From an uncultured Bacilli bacterium (GTDB lineage: Bacteria > Bacillota_I > Bacilli_A > RF39 > UBA660): a stretch of DNA of 42,043 nt. The translations under genes were made by a program, and so were the position numbers. The notes below the pieces were generated by a model. That model saw only the letters and a program-made list of their open reading frames with translations, searched no databases and was not told where the DNA came from. Where the stretch lies: the NCBI GenBank assembly GCA_934133015.1, contig CAKPAQ010000001.1:1-42043 (forward strand), given 5' to 3'. Within the stretch, counting starts at the first letter, position 1; each line of letters starts with the position of its first letter. Shown piece by piece: positions 27,533-36,016 of this stretch.

Positions 27533-30500
27533 TTATTTATTTAAAGTAATTGTACTAAGTAATTCAACTAAATAATAAATATAATGTTTTTCCAATTTAA
27601 TTGTATCAAGTATAATTACCAAGCATTGATTCAACAATTTAAATCTAAACATTGGTGATATTTTAAAAGAATCACTAAATAACTTTTCACCATCAATTTT
27701 ACTAGTAGTATTCTTACTAAAAATAAGTTCAATTGAGTTTTTAATATTATTGACTTTTATAATATCTAGATTTTTAGCTAATTTTTCAAACCACTCTTCA
27801 TACATATAAATTATTATATTTTCATCAAGTTTACCAAAGCGATCTTCTAAGTCTGCTTTTACTTCCAACAATTTATCTAAAGAATCAATAGTATTAATTT
27901 GTTTATGTATAGATATTTTTAAATCATCATCATCAGTATAAACATCTGAAATATGTGTAGAAACATCTAATAATGGTTTTTCATTCTTTGTATCTTCTTC
28001 AACTGGTTCTTTACCCTTCAAAATATTTATCTCATCTTGAAGCATTTTTAAATACAAGTCAATACCAACAGTATCAATAAATCCAGCCTGTTCACTACCA
28101 AGAATATCACCAGCACCACGAATAGATAAATCACGTGTCGCAATTGAAAAACCACTACCAAGTTCAGTAAAATCTTTAATAGCATTTAATCTTTTAACAG
28201 CTACTTCATTAAGAACTTTAGTAGGAGAATACATAAAATAGGCATATGCAATCTTATTACTTCTACCAACTCTTCCTCTTATCTGATACAACTGACTTAA
28301 GCCAAAGTGATCTGCATCTAAAATTATCAAAGTATTAGCATTAGGTATATCCATACCTGTTTCAATTATTGTAGTACATATTAAAATATCATATTCACCT
28401 TTTATAAATGAATACATTCTATCTTCAAGTTCTTCTTTGGTAAGACGTCCATGAGCATAAACAATCCTAGCTTCAGGGACTAACTTACTAATTTCAAGCA
28501 TCTTTTTTTCAATTGTTTCTACATGATTATAAAGTAGAAAAACCTGACCACTTCTTGATAATTCTTTATATATTGCATCTCTTATTATTTGATTGTTTTC
28601 CTCTATTACATAAGTCTGAACTGGATATCTATTAACAGGTGGAGTTTGAATTAAAGATAAACTCCTAATACCAACCATTGACATTTGTAAAGTTCTAGGA
28701 ATTGGAGTAGCTGTTAAAGTTAATACATCAACATTAGTTTTATATCTTTTTATTTTTTCTTTATGTGTAACTCCAAATCTTTGTTCCTCATCAATAACTA
28801 ACAAACCTAAATCTTTAGGTTTAATATCATTACTTAATAATCGATGTGTACCAATAACAAAATCGATTGTACCATCATTTAAACCAGTTATTATTCTTTT
28901 CTTCTCTTTAGGTGAAGTAAAACGATTAAGTAAACCAATACTAACTGGAAAGTTTTTAAATCGAATAAGAGCATTTTGGTATTGTTGATTAGAAAGAATA
29001 GTTGTTGGACATAAATATAAAACTTGTTTAGAATCTAATATTGCCTTAAATATAGCTCTAAAAGCAACCTCAGTCTTACCATAACCTACGTCACCACATA
29101 ATAATCGATCCATAGGCTTAGAAGAAATCATATCTTCTTTTATCTGTTTTATAGCTAATAATTGATCTTGAGTTTCATTATATTCAAAATCATTTTCAAA
29201 TTGTCGTTGCAAATCAGAATCAGGAGAAAAAGCAAATCCCTGTTTCATTTCTCTTTCTGCATATAATTTTAGTAATTGATCAGCAATATCATGAATTTTA
29301 CTTTTAACTCTATTTTTTACTTTTTGCCAATCTGAACCACCTAATTTATTTATTTTAGGTATAGTACCTTCCTTACCAGAAAATTTACTTATCATATCAA
29401 TTTTCTCAGCAGGAATATACAATTTATCATTTCCAGCATAGATAACTTCAACATAATCTTTGATTAAATCTCCATGAGATAATGTTTTTATACCATTATA
29501 AATACCAATACCATTAACAGCATTAACAACATAATCACCAACACTTAATTTACTAATATCTTTTATTTTTGATGCATACTTAAATTTATTTTTATATTTC
29601 TTTAAATTAGAATTATTATTAAATAACTCATTAGGTGTAAGTATGACATAGTCATCATAAATAAAACCTTTATTTACATTTTTTATGATTATATTTACTT
29701 TTTGTAAAATAATATTATCTTCATCAGTAATAACATAAGGAACTTTTAATACCTTGATAAAATTTTTTAATTGGATCTCCTTAAGATAAATAATTACTTT
29801 TTTATTTAAATATAATTGATCAGATAAAAAATTATTAATTGCTTCTATATTTTCATGAAATGGTACTATTTCTTTGGCATCAAAATTAATTGGTTTAACT
29901 TGTTTTTCTGATAAAATATTATCTATTGTTAAGTAGTAATTAAGATGTTTAGGATTTAATTGATGAAAATCAAACATATAATTACCATCAAAATCACTAT
30001 CTTTTTCTTGCTTATATTCAAAAGTCTCTTTTACTATTTGTTCATATGCATTATCAAGTTGACTTTTATCTTTATAAAAAACTATTGGATCATCTAAATA
30101 ATCTAATAATGATTCTACAGATGAATATAATTTTAAATATTTTTGTTTACGCATGTTCTCATCAATTTCTGTATTTACAATAAATTCACTATAAGGGTAA
30201 ATGACAATTTCCTTTAAGTTAGATATTGATTTTTGACTATCTTCATCAAAAATACGCATAGAATCGATGGTATCACCAAAAAATTCAAATCTAATTGGAT
30301 GATCACTTCCTAATGGGAAAATATCAATTATGTAACCTCTAACAGAAAACTCTCCAGTTTTTGTAACAAGAGATTCACGCTTATATCCTATATTAAAAAA
30401 ATATTGAACCAAATCTTGTTGAGAATATTCATCACCCAAAGCCAATTTTTTTATACTATTTTTATAGTTAACTTTAGCTGGCAAATATCTCAAATAACCC

Positions 30501-30829
30501 ATTAAATTAGTAACAATAATTAATTTATTACCACTAATAATTTGATTTAAGGTATCTAATCTATTAATCATTAAATCAGGACTTATCGCAATAGCCTCAC
30601 TCGTTAAAAAATCATCCATAGGAAACAATAAAACATTATCACAGTAATTAAGTAATGATTGATATAATTGATTTGCTTCAAATAAACTTGGGGTTACAAT
30701 TAGTATTGGTTTAGATTGATTATCAACAAAAATATTTTCAATATAACGACAAAAAAGCTCATCTGTCATACCAGATAAAGCAGTATTATCAATACATAGT
30801 TTTTCTATTTTAGAAGCAAAAATATTCAT
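27533..30829 (-). CDS. mfd: Transcription-repair coupling factor
   Basis: 1098 aa. UvrB-homology N-terminal region, CarD-like RNAP-interacting domain, SF2 translocase motifs GDVGYGKTEV and DEEQRFG, C-terminal TRCF domain. pth-mfd order as in Bacillus. Confidence 0.96.
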   Translation of the reverse strand: MNIFASKIEKLCIDNTALSGMTDELFCRYIENIFVDNQSKPILIVTPSLFEANQLYQSLLNYCDNVLLFPMDDFLTSEAIAISPDLMINRLDTLNQIISGNKLIIVTNLMGYLRYLPAKVNYKNSIKKLALGDEYSQQDLVQYFFNIGYKRESLVTKTGEFSVRGYIIDIFPLGSDHPIRFEFFGDTIDSMRIFDEDSQKSISNLKEIVIYPYSEFIVNTEIDENMRKQKYLKLYSSVESLLDYLDDPIVFYKDKSQLDNAYEQIVKETFEYKQEKDSDFDGNYMFDFHQLNPKHLNYYLTIDNILSEKQVKPINFDAKEIVPFHENIEAINNFLSDQLYLNKKVIIYLKEIQLKNFIKVLKVPYVITDEDNIILQKVNIIIKNVNKGFIYDDYVILTPNELFNNNSNLKKYKNKFKYASKIKDISKLSVGDYVVNAVNGIGIYNGIKTLSHGDLIKDYVEVIYAGNDKLYIPAEKIDMISKFSGKEGTIPKINKLGGSDWQKVKNRVKSKIHDIADQLLKLYAEREMKQGFAFSPDSDLQRQFENDFEYNETQDQLLAIKQIKEDMISSKPMDRLLCGDVGYGKTEVAFRAIFKAILDSKQVLYLCPTTILSNQQYQNALIRFKNFPVSIGLLNRFTSPKEKKRIITGLNDGTIDFVIGTHRLLSNDIKPKDLGLLVIDEEQRFGVTHKEKIKRYKTNVDVLTLTATPIPRTLQMSMVGIRSLSLIQTPPVNRYPVQTYVIEENNQIIRDAIYKELSRSGQVFLLYNHVETIEKKMLEISKLVPEARIVYAHGRLTKEELEDRMYSFIKGEYDILICTTIIETGMDIPNANTLIILDADHFGLSQLYQIRGRVGRSNKIAYAYFMYSPTKVLNEVAVKRLNAIKDFTELGSGFSIATRDLSIRGAGDILGSEQAGFIDTVGIDLYLKMLQDEINILKGKEPVEEDTKNEKPLLDVSTHISDVYTDDDDLKISIHKQINTIDSLDKLLEVKADLEDRFGKLDENIIIYMYEEWFEKLAKNLDIIKVNNIKNSIELIFSKNTTSKIDGEKLFSDSFKISPMFRFKLLNQCLVIILDTIKLEKHYIYYLVELLSTITLNK

Positions 30830-30840
30830 ATTATCACCAA

Positions 30841-31401
30841 CTATTTATGATTATATTTTGACATTAATTGATCAAATGACATTACAAAATAATCATTTAA
30901 TACATTTAATACAATATCAGTAACTTCATTCAATTTTTGTCGTTCTATTTGTGAAGTTTTTCCTAATACATAATCTTTAGTATCTATATTTTTATTGTTA
31001 GATATACCTATTTTTATTCTTTTATATTCCTGTGTTCCTAAGTGTAATTCAATATTTTTTAAGCCATTATGTCCACCACTAGAACCCTTTTTCTTTAATT
31101 TGAAATTACCTAATGGTAAATCTAAATCATCATTAATTATTAAAATGTCATCTAAAGAAATTTTATAAAAATCAACAAATCTACGAATTACCTCACCACT
31201 TAGATTGATATACGATTGTGGTTTTAATAAAATTACCTTTTCATTTTTGATAATAGCTTCAGTATACAATCCATTAAATTTACTTTTATTAAGGAAAACT
31301 CCCAAACTAGAAGCAAATTTATCAATTGTTTGAAATCCAACATTATGACGAGTATTATCATACTCTTTTCCAGGATTACCTAAACCAACTATTAATTTCA
31401 C
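30841..31401 (-). CDS. pth: Peptidyl-tRNA hydrolase
   Basis: MKLIVGLGNPGKEYDNTRHNVGF is the canonical Pth N-terminus. 186 aa. Confidence 0.96.
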   Translation of the reverse strand: MKLIVGLGNPGKEYDNTRHNVGFQTIDKFASSLGVFLNKSKFNGLYTEAIIKNEKVILLKPQSYINLSGEVIRRFVDFYKISLDDILIINDDLDLPLGNFKLKKKGSSGGHNGLKNIELHLGTQEYKRIKIGISNNKNIDTKDYVLGKTSQIERQKLNEVTDIVLNVLNDYFVMSFDQLMSKYNHK

Positions 31402-31405
31402 ACTA

Positions 31406-31597
31406 TCACCTACTTAATTTTTTCACTTTATTAACTACTTTTTTATATTTATATTTTCCAAATATTTTTTCTAATTTAATTTTTCTATCTAACAAACTAA
31501 AACTACAAATAGAAATTTCATCAATCCATTCATCTTTAAAATCAATAGTTATACTTTTTCTTAAAGTATGTGGATTTACTCTTTGTGCCATACTCAT
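31406..31597 (-). CDS. Small basic protein (~63 aa) with ribosomal protein S3 N-terminus-like sequence
   Basis: ORF track 31406..31615. GGTGGGTGA at 31605-31613 favours ATG 31597 (MSMAQRVNPHTLRKSITIDFKDEWI...). It ends 4 nt before the pth start. MAQRVNPHTLR...W resembles the S3 N-terminus MGQKVNPxGLRxGxxxxWxSxW. Confidence 0.5.
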   Translation of the reverse strand: MSMAQRVNPHTLRKSITIDFKDEWIDEISICSFSLLDRKIKLEKIFGKYKYKKVVNKVKKLSR

Positions 31598-31622
31598 TAT
31601 ATTTTCACCCACCAAATATACT

Positions 31623-31650
31623 AAAAATTATTTTCCGGGAAATAATTTTT
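31623..31650. repeat. A/T-rich CCGGG-centred palindrome immediately after the rsmI stop (terminator-like), member of a 3-copy family
   Basis: AAAAATTATTTTCCGGGAAATAATTTTT has one mismatch from a perfect palindrome. Near-identical copies lie at 38385-38412 and, degenerate, at 38851-38876. Confidence 0.6.
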
Positions 31651-32488
31651 AATTATTAATATGATATTCCTTATAAACAACTGACTTAGGGATTCCTCTT
31701 TCAACAGCTACTTTCTTAATAGCTTCTTTTTCACTCATACCATCTTCTAAATAAAGGCTAATATGTTCTAAAATAGTCATGCTAGAATAATCTTCTTGTT
31801 CTAAATTACCCTCAACAACGACTACCATTTCCCCTTTTATAGAATCTACTACTTCTAGTACATCAGTAATATTTCCACGAATAGTTTCTTCATATTTTTT
31901 ACTGATTTCTCTACATAAAGCAATTCTACGATTTCCAAATACTTCAAGTAAAGAAGTAAGCATATCTTGAATTCTATGTGGTGCCTCATACAGGATGATA
32001 GTATAAGGTAATTTTTTTAAAGATTCAAGTTCTTTTTTTCTTTTTGAATCCTTACTATTTAAAAAGCCATAAAACAAAAATGGAGCAGGATTAATACCTG
32101 ACATAGTTAAAGCTGGTACAAAAGCAGTTGGCCCTGGCAAACTAATCACATTAAAACCATGGCTTGTAACATATTCTACTATCTTATAGCCCGGATCACT
32201 AATAATAGGCGTACCTCTATCTGTCACAAGACCAATATTTTTTCCATCTTGTAACTCAGATAATACCATTTTTTTTAAAGAATCTTCATTATGATCATCA
32301 GAATGAATAAGTTTTTTCTTAATATTTAACTTATGTAACAATTCACTAGTAACTCTTGTATCTTCACACAACAAAAAATCTACCATTTCTAACGTATGAA
32401 TAGCTCTAAGTGTAATATCTTCCATATTACCAACAGGAGTTGGAATTAAATATAAACTAGGACTATCATCATAACTTTTTTGTCTCAT
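31649..32488 (-). CDS. rsmI: 16S rRNA (cytidine1402-2'-O)-methyltransferase
   Basis: LYLIPTPVGNMEDITLRAIHTLEMVDFLLCEDTR is the tetrapyrrole-methylase-fold RsmI N-terminus. Corresponds to Bacillus yabC. Confidence 0.9.
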   Translation of the reverse strand: MRQKSYDDSPSLYLIPTPVGNMEDITLRAIHTLEMVDFLLCEDTRVTSELLHKLNIKKKLIHSDDHNEDSLKKMVLSELQDGKNIGLVTDRGTPIISDPGYKIVEYVTSHGFNVISLPGPTAFVPALTMSGINPAPFLFYGFLNSKDSKRKKELESLKKLPYTIILYEAPHRIQDMLTSLLEVFGNRRIALCREISKKYEETIRGNITDVLEVVDSIKGEMVVVVEGNLEQEDYSSMTILEHISLYLEDGMSEKEAIKKVAVERGIPKSVVYKEYHINN

Positions 32489-32503
32489 TTACTACACCTT
32501 CTA

Positions 32504-33223
32504 TTACTCAAACATTTCTTTTACATGTTTTGTATAACTACCATCATCATTATGAACATAAAGTGGTGGCAACAATTTAAGTCCATCCCTTGCACACTTT
32601 CTTGCTTCAATTAAAACCATATTTGATTCTTTTCCAACTTTAGGATATACAAATTGCATCTTTTTTACAGCAAAATCATTATTTTCCAATAGTTTTATAA
32701 TTTCTATAACACGTTCCGTACGATGAACCATAGCCAGTACTCCATTAGTTTTCAATAAATATTTACTAATAATAACAATATCTTCAAGTGTAATATATTT
32801 CTCATGCCTAGCTATTATTTTATGTTCATCATCATTTAAATTACTACTTTCTAAATATTTAAAATATGGTGGATTACAAGTGATAACATCAATACTATTG
32901 ATATCATAAATATCACATAATTTTTTCATATCCATATTCAATAACTCAATTTTATCAGTTAAATTATTATAAATGACACTTTTCTTTGCTAACTCAAAGC
33001 AATCTTTTTGAATCTCTACACCAATAATTTTAGCATCCGTTTTAGTAGACAAAATTAACGGAATGGGCGCATTTCCACACCCTAAATCAATAATAGTATT
33101 TATCTTACTGTTTAAAGTAACAAAATTAGCCAACAATACAGAATCAAGTGAGAAACTAAACCAATCTGTATTTTGATAAATCTTAAAATTTCTATAATTC
33201 AATAAATCATTTATAACTTCCAT
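32504..33223 (-). CDS. Class I SAM-dependent methyltransferase, YabB/TrmN6-like (tRNA m6A37 type)
   Basis: Motif I DLGCGNA and motif IV NPPY (ITCNPPYF). Position equals yabB in Bacillus. Confidence 0.7.
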   Translation of the reverse strand: MEVINDLLNYRNFKIYQNTDWFSFSLDSVLLANFVTLNSKINTIIDLGCGNAPIPLILSTKTDAKIIGVEIQKDCFELAKKSVIYNNLTDKIELLNMDMKKLCDIYDINSIDVITCNPPYFKYLESSNLNDDEHKIIARHEKYITLEDIVIISKYLLKTNGVLAMVHRTERVIEIIKLLENNDFAVKKMQFVYPKVGKESNMVLIEARKCARDGLKLLPPLYVHNDDGSYTKHVKEMFE

Positions 33224-34008
33224 ATATCCTCTTCAACTTCAATAAAATTATGATTATCGGTTTCAACAATAATTGAACCCTTTAAAATATTTATTGAAGA
33301 AATTTTACCACTAACATCATCATTTTTATATCTTTCACCAACATGAGGCATTTTATTTTTGATGTCTGTATAAACATCATCTTCATAATTTAAACAACAT
33401 AAAAGACGTCCACATACACCATTTATTTTAGTAGGATTTAACGATAATAATTGATTTTTAGCCATATTTATAGATACACTATTAAAATCAGTTAAGAAAC
33501 TACTACAACATAAAAAACGTCCACATGGCCCAATTCCACCTATTTCACGTGCCTTATCTCTAACACCAATTTGTCTTAATTCAATACGTGTTTTATATAT
33601 TTGAGCTAATTTTTTGGCTAAATCCCTAAAATCAACTCTATCATCTGCTAAAAAATTAAATAATAATTGTTTTCTATCAAAGGTAAAACTTGCATCTATA
33701 ATTCTCATATCAAGTTTTAATTTATCAGCAATTTTTCTAGCTTCAATAAGTGCCTTCTTTGCATCAGCAATATTTTTAGAATTAGTTTTAACATCATCAT
33801 TTGTAGCTAATCTAACAATATTCTTAGTAGGTAAACCCATATCACTATCACTTATATTTTTAATTGACGATACAACAATTCCATATTGTAAACCTTTTTC
33901 TGTTTCAACTATAACAGGTACATTAATGGTAATATCTGATATATTATCACACGAAAAATAATAATTCTTTCCACCCTTTTTTAAGGATACTGCCACAACT
34001 TTAGTCAT
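33211..34008 (-). CDS. ricT: PSP1-domain protein YaaT/RicT
   Basis: PSP1 C-terminal Cys-rich region (GPCGRFLCCSSFL, GVCGRLLCCLNYE). ATG 34008 or 34014 lies downstream of AGGAG (34018-34022), whereas the longest ORF starts at 34047. It overlaps the holB 3' end. Confidence 0.82.
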   Translation of the reverse strand: MTKVVAVSLKKGGKNYYFSCDNISDITINVPVIVETEKGLQYGIVVSSIKNISDSDMGLPTKNIVRLATNDDVKTNSKNIADAKKALIEARKIADKLKLDMRIIDASFTFDRKQLLFNFLADDRVDFRDLAKKLAQIYKTRIELRQIGVRDKAREIGGIGPCGRFLCCSSFLTDFNSVSINMAKNQLLSLNPTKINGVCGRLLCCLNYEDDVYTDIKNKMPHVGERYKNDDVSGKISSINILKGSIIVETDNHNFIEVEEDIWKL

Positions 34009-34855
34009 ACACATCAACTCCTGAAAAATTAATAATAAATTGATCAAGCATTAAATTTACATTCAAATTATATACTAATTTATCTATTTGCTTAGTCAAA
34101 ATATCTATTTTATTAACTATTAAATCAATTGAATTAAATTCATTTATATAATCAATTATATTATCTAAGTCATTTTGATAAACAACACCTATTTTTTTTC
34201 TTAATGCTTGATAATATATTATTTGCATTGCTTTAAATATATCAAGCCACTTATCTCTAGTATAATACTCATTATTACAAAGAATAGGAACATATGAAAT
34301 AGAAGTACTTTTACGTTTTTCGATCATTTTAATAAATTCAACAATAAAATCAAGATTATCAAAAGTATAATTAGAATTTTCATTTACTAATGAAAATATT
34401 TGACATCTACTTTGAAGCGTTTCAAGTACTCTATATCTACTATCAGATACAAGAATACCAATTATACCAGGTTGAGGTTCCTCCAAAAATTTTAATAATG
34501 AATTGCTAGCCTGTTCATTTAGCTTGTCCGCATCATTAATAACATATATTCTAGGTTTATTATTCAATGATTTTGTCATAAATTTTTCTTGTATTTCCAA
34601 AATTTGAGCCTTTTTAATTACAGAACTACTACTATCTATCCCTATTTCAATATAATTTCCATCAGCTTTTATTTGCTCAATACTAGCAACATCTGGATAA
34701 GAATACAAAAGACCAACAAACAAATCTATGACTTTATTTTTATCATAATAACCATTAGTTTCAATAAGATAAGCATGAGTTAATTTATTATGATTAATTA
34801 TAGAAATAATATTATCAAAAAATCGTTGTTGCTCACCAAAATCATTAAATATCAT
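34001..34855 (-). CDS. holB: DNA polymerase III delta' subunit
   Basis: 284 aa. HAYLI, LLKFLEEP, SRCQ clamp-loader motifs without an intact Walker A. Conserved position upstream of yaaT. Confidence 0.78.
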   Translation of the reverse strand: MIFNDFGEQQRFFDNIISIINHNKLTHAYLIETNGYYDKNKVIDLFVGLLYSYPDVASIEQIKADGNYIEIGIDSSSSVIKKAQILEIQEKFMTKSLNNKPRIYVINDADKLNEQASNSLLKFLEEPQPGIIGILVSDSRYRVLETLQSRCQIFSLVNENSNYTFDNLDFIVEFIKMIEKRKSTSISYVPILCNNEYYTRDKWLDIFKAMQIIYYQALRKKIGVVYQNDLDNIIDYINEFNSIDLIVNKIDILTKQIDKLVYNLNVNLMLDQFIINFSGVDVYD

Positions 34856-34864
34856 AATATCACC

Positions 34865-35062
34865 TCAAAATACTAAAACTAATAATAATACTAATGAAAA
34901 TAATGCTGGAAATCCTAAAAATGAAACTAAACCAATAGTAATCACATTAATAGGAACTACAATATCAAAATTAGAAGCAATAACATTAAATCCATATAAA
35001 ACAAAAAAACTTAATATAACTTTTTTAACTAGAAAAAGTAACTTTTTTATCACATATATCAC
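34865..35062 (-). CDS. bofA: BofA-like small membrane protein (inhibitor of pro-sigma-K processing family)
   Basis: 65 aa with 2 TM. IVVPINVITIGLVSFLGFPALFSLVLLLV resembles the BofA C-terminus IHVPINLVTTAISGILGIPGIAAL. Lies just downstream of recR as in Bacillus. Confidence 0.55.
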   Translation of the reverse strand: MIYVIKKLLFLVKKVILSFFVLYGFNVIASNFDIVVPINVITIGLVSFLGFPALFSLVLLLVLVF

Positions 35063-35092
35063 CTAATATAAGTTATTTAGGTAACATCTAAT

Positions 35093-35689
35093 TTATTCAA
35101 CATTTTTTCTATCAGCTAAAGCTCTTTCCAAAGTAATAGCATCTATATACTCCATATCAGCACCTATTGGAATTCCACTAGCAATTTTAGTAATAGAAAT
35201 TTGCAAATCTCCTAAAATTCTTTTTATATACAATGATGTAGTTTCTCCTTCTATACTTGGTTTAAAAGCAAGTATAATTTCATCAAAGCTTTCATTTTTC
35301 ACACGTTCAACCAATTTATCAAGTTCAATATCTTCAGGATTTATCCCATCTTTTGGAGAAATTAACCCTTTTAATACATGATATTTTCCATTAAAAGTAC
35401 CTAATCTTTCAAATAAAAACACTGATTTTGGATCCTCAACAACACATAAAACACGACTGTTACGATTCTTATCTGAACAAATAGAACAGTTCTCCATATC
35501 AGTAAGTGAGTTACATATAGGACAATTATGAACTTTTTCAACAACATCATGAATACTATTAGTAAACATTTCAATGCGCTCATCTGACATATCCATAACG
35601 GCAAAAGACAAACGTTCTGCCGTTTTCTCACCAATACCAGGTAATGATTTAAAAGAATCTATTAAACTTTCTAAACTACTAGGATACAT
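35093..35689 (-). CDS. recR: Recombination protein RecR
   Basis: HhH N-terminus (LPGIGEKTAERL), C4 zinc finger CPICNSLTDMENCSIC, Toprim domain. Confidence 0.96.
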   Translation of the reverse strand: MYPSSLESLIDSFKSLPGIGEKTAERLSFAVMDMSDERIEMFTNSIHDVVEKVHNCPICNSLTDMENCSICSDKNRNSRVLCVVEDPKSVFLFERLGTFNGKYHVLKGLISPKDGINPEDIELDKLVERVKNESFDEIILAFKPSIEGETTSLYIKRILGDLQISITKIASGIPIGADMEYIDAITLERALADRKNVE

Positions 35690-35691
35690 TT

Positions 35692-35988
35692 TTAAAATAG
35701 TCCACCTGGCATCATATTACTAAATTTACCCATTTTTTGTTCAGTTACTTTATCAATTTCTTTAAATGCTTGATTAATAGCTACTACTATTAAATCTTCT
35801 ATTATTTCTTTATCATCATTGCTGATATCTTCATTGATAGTCACTTTAATTATTTCTTTTGTACCTTTAACTTCAACCTTTACAAATGAACTTTCGCCAA
35901 TAAAAGTCATATTGTCAATTTCCTCTTTTGTTTTTAACATATCTTTTTGTAAGCTTTGAGCTTGTTTCATTAATGCTTGTATATTCAT
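35692..35988 (-). CDS. ybaB: Nucleoid-associated protein YbaB/EbfC
   Basis: 98 aa. MNIQALMKQAQSLQKDM... is typical. dnaX-ybaB-recR order is conserved. Confidence 0.92.
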   Translation of the reverse strand: MNIQALMKQAQSLQKDMLKTKEEIDNMTFIGESSFVKVEVKGTKEIIKVTINEDISNDDKEIIEDLIVVAINQAFKEIDKVTEQKMGKFSNMMPGGLF

Positions 35989-36016
35989 TTTCTTTCCTCT
36001 TTCCTTTTTTTATTTA

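Noticed and set aside
35401-35634. 77-aa minus-strand ORF in an alternative frame inside recR
   Set aside because: It is fully nested in the conserved recR coding sequence in another frame. The translation is hydrophobic and low-complexity with no motif, so it is almost certainly spurious.
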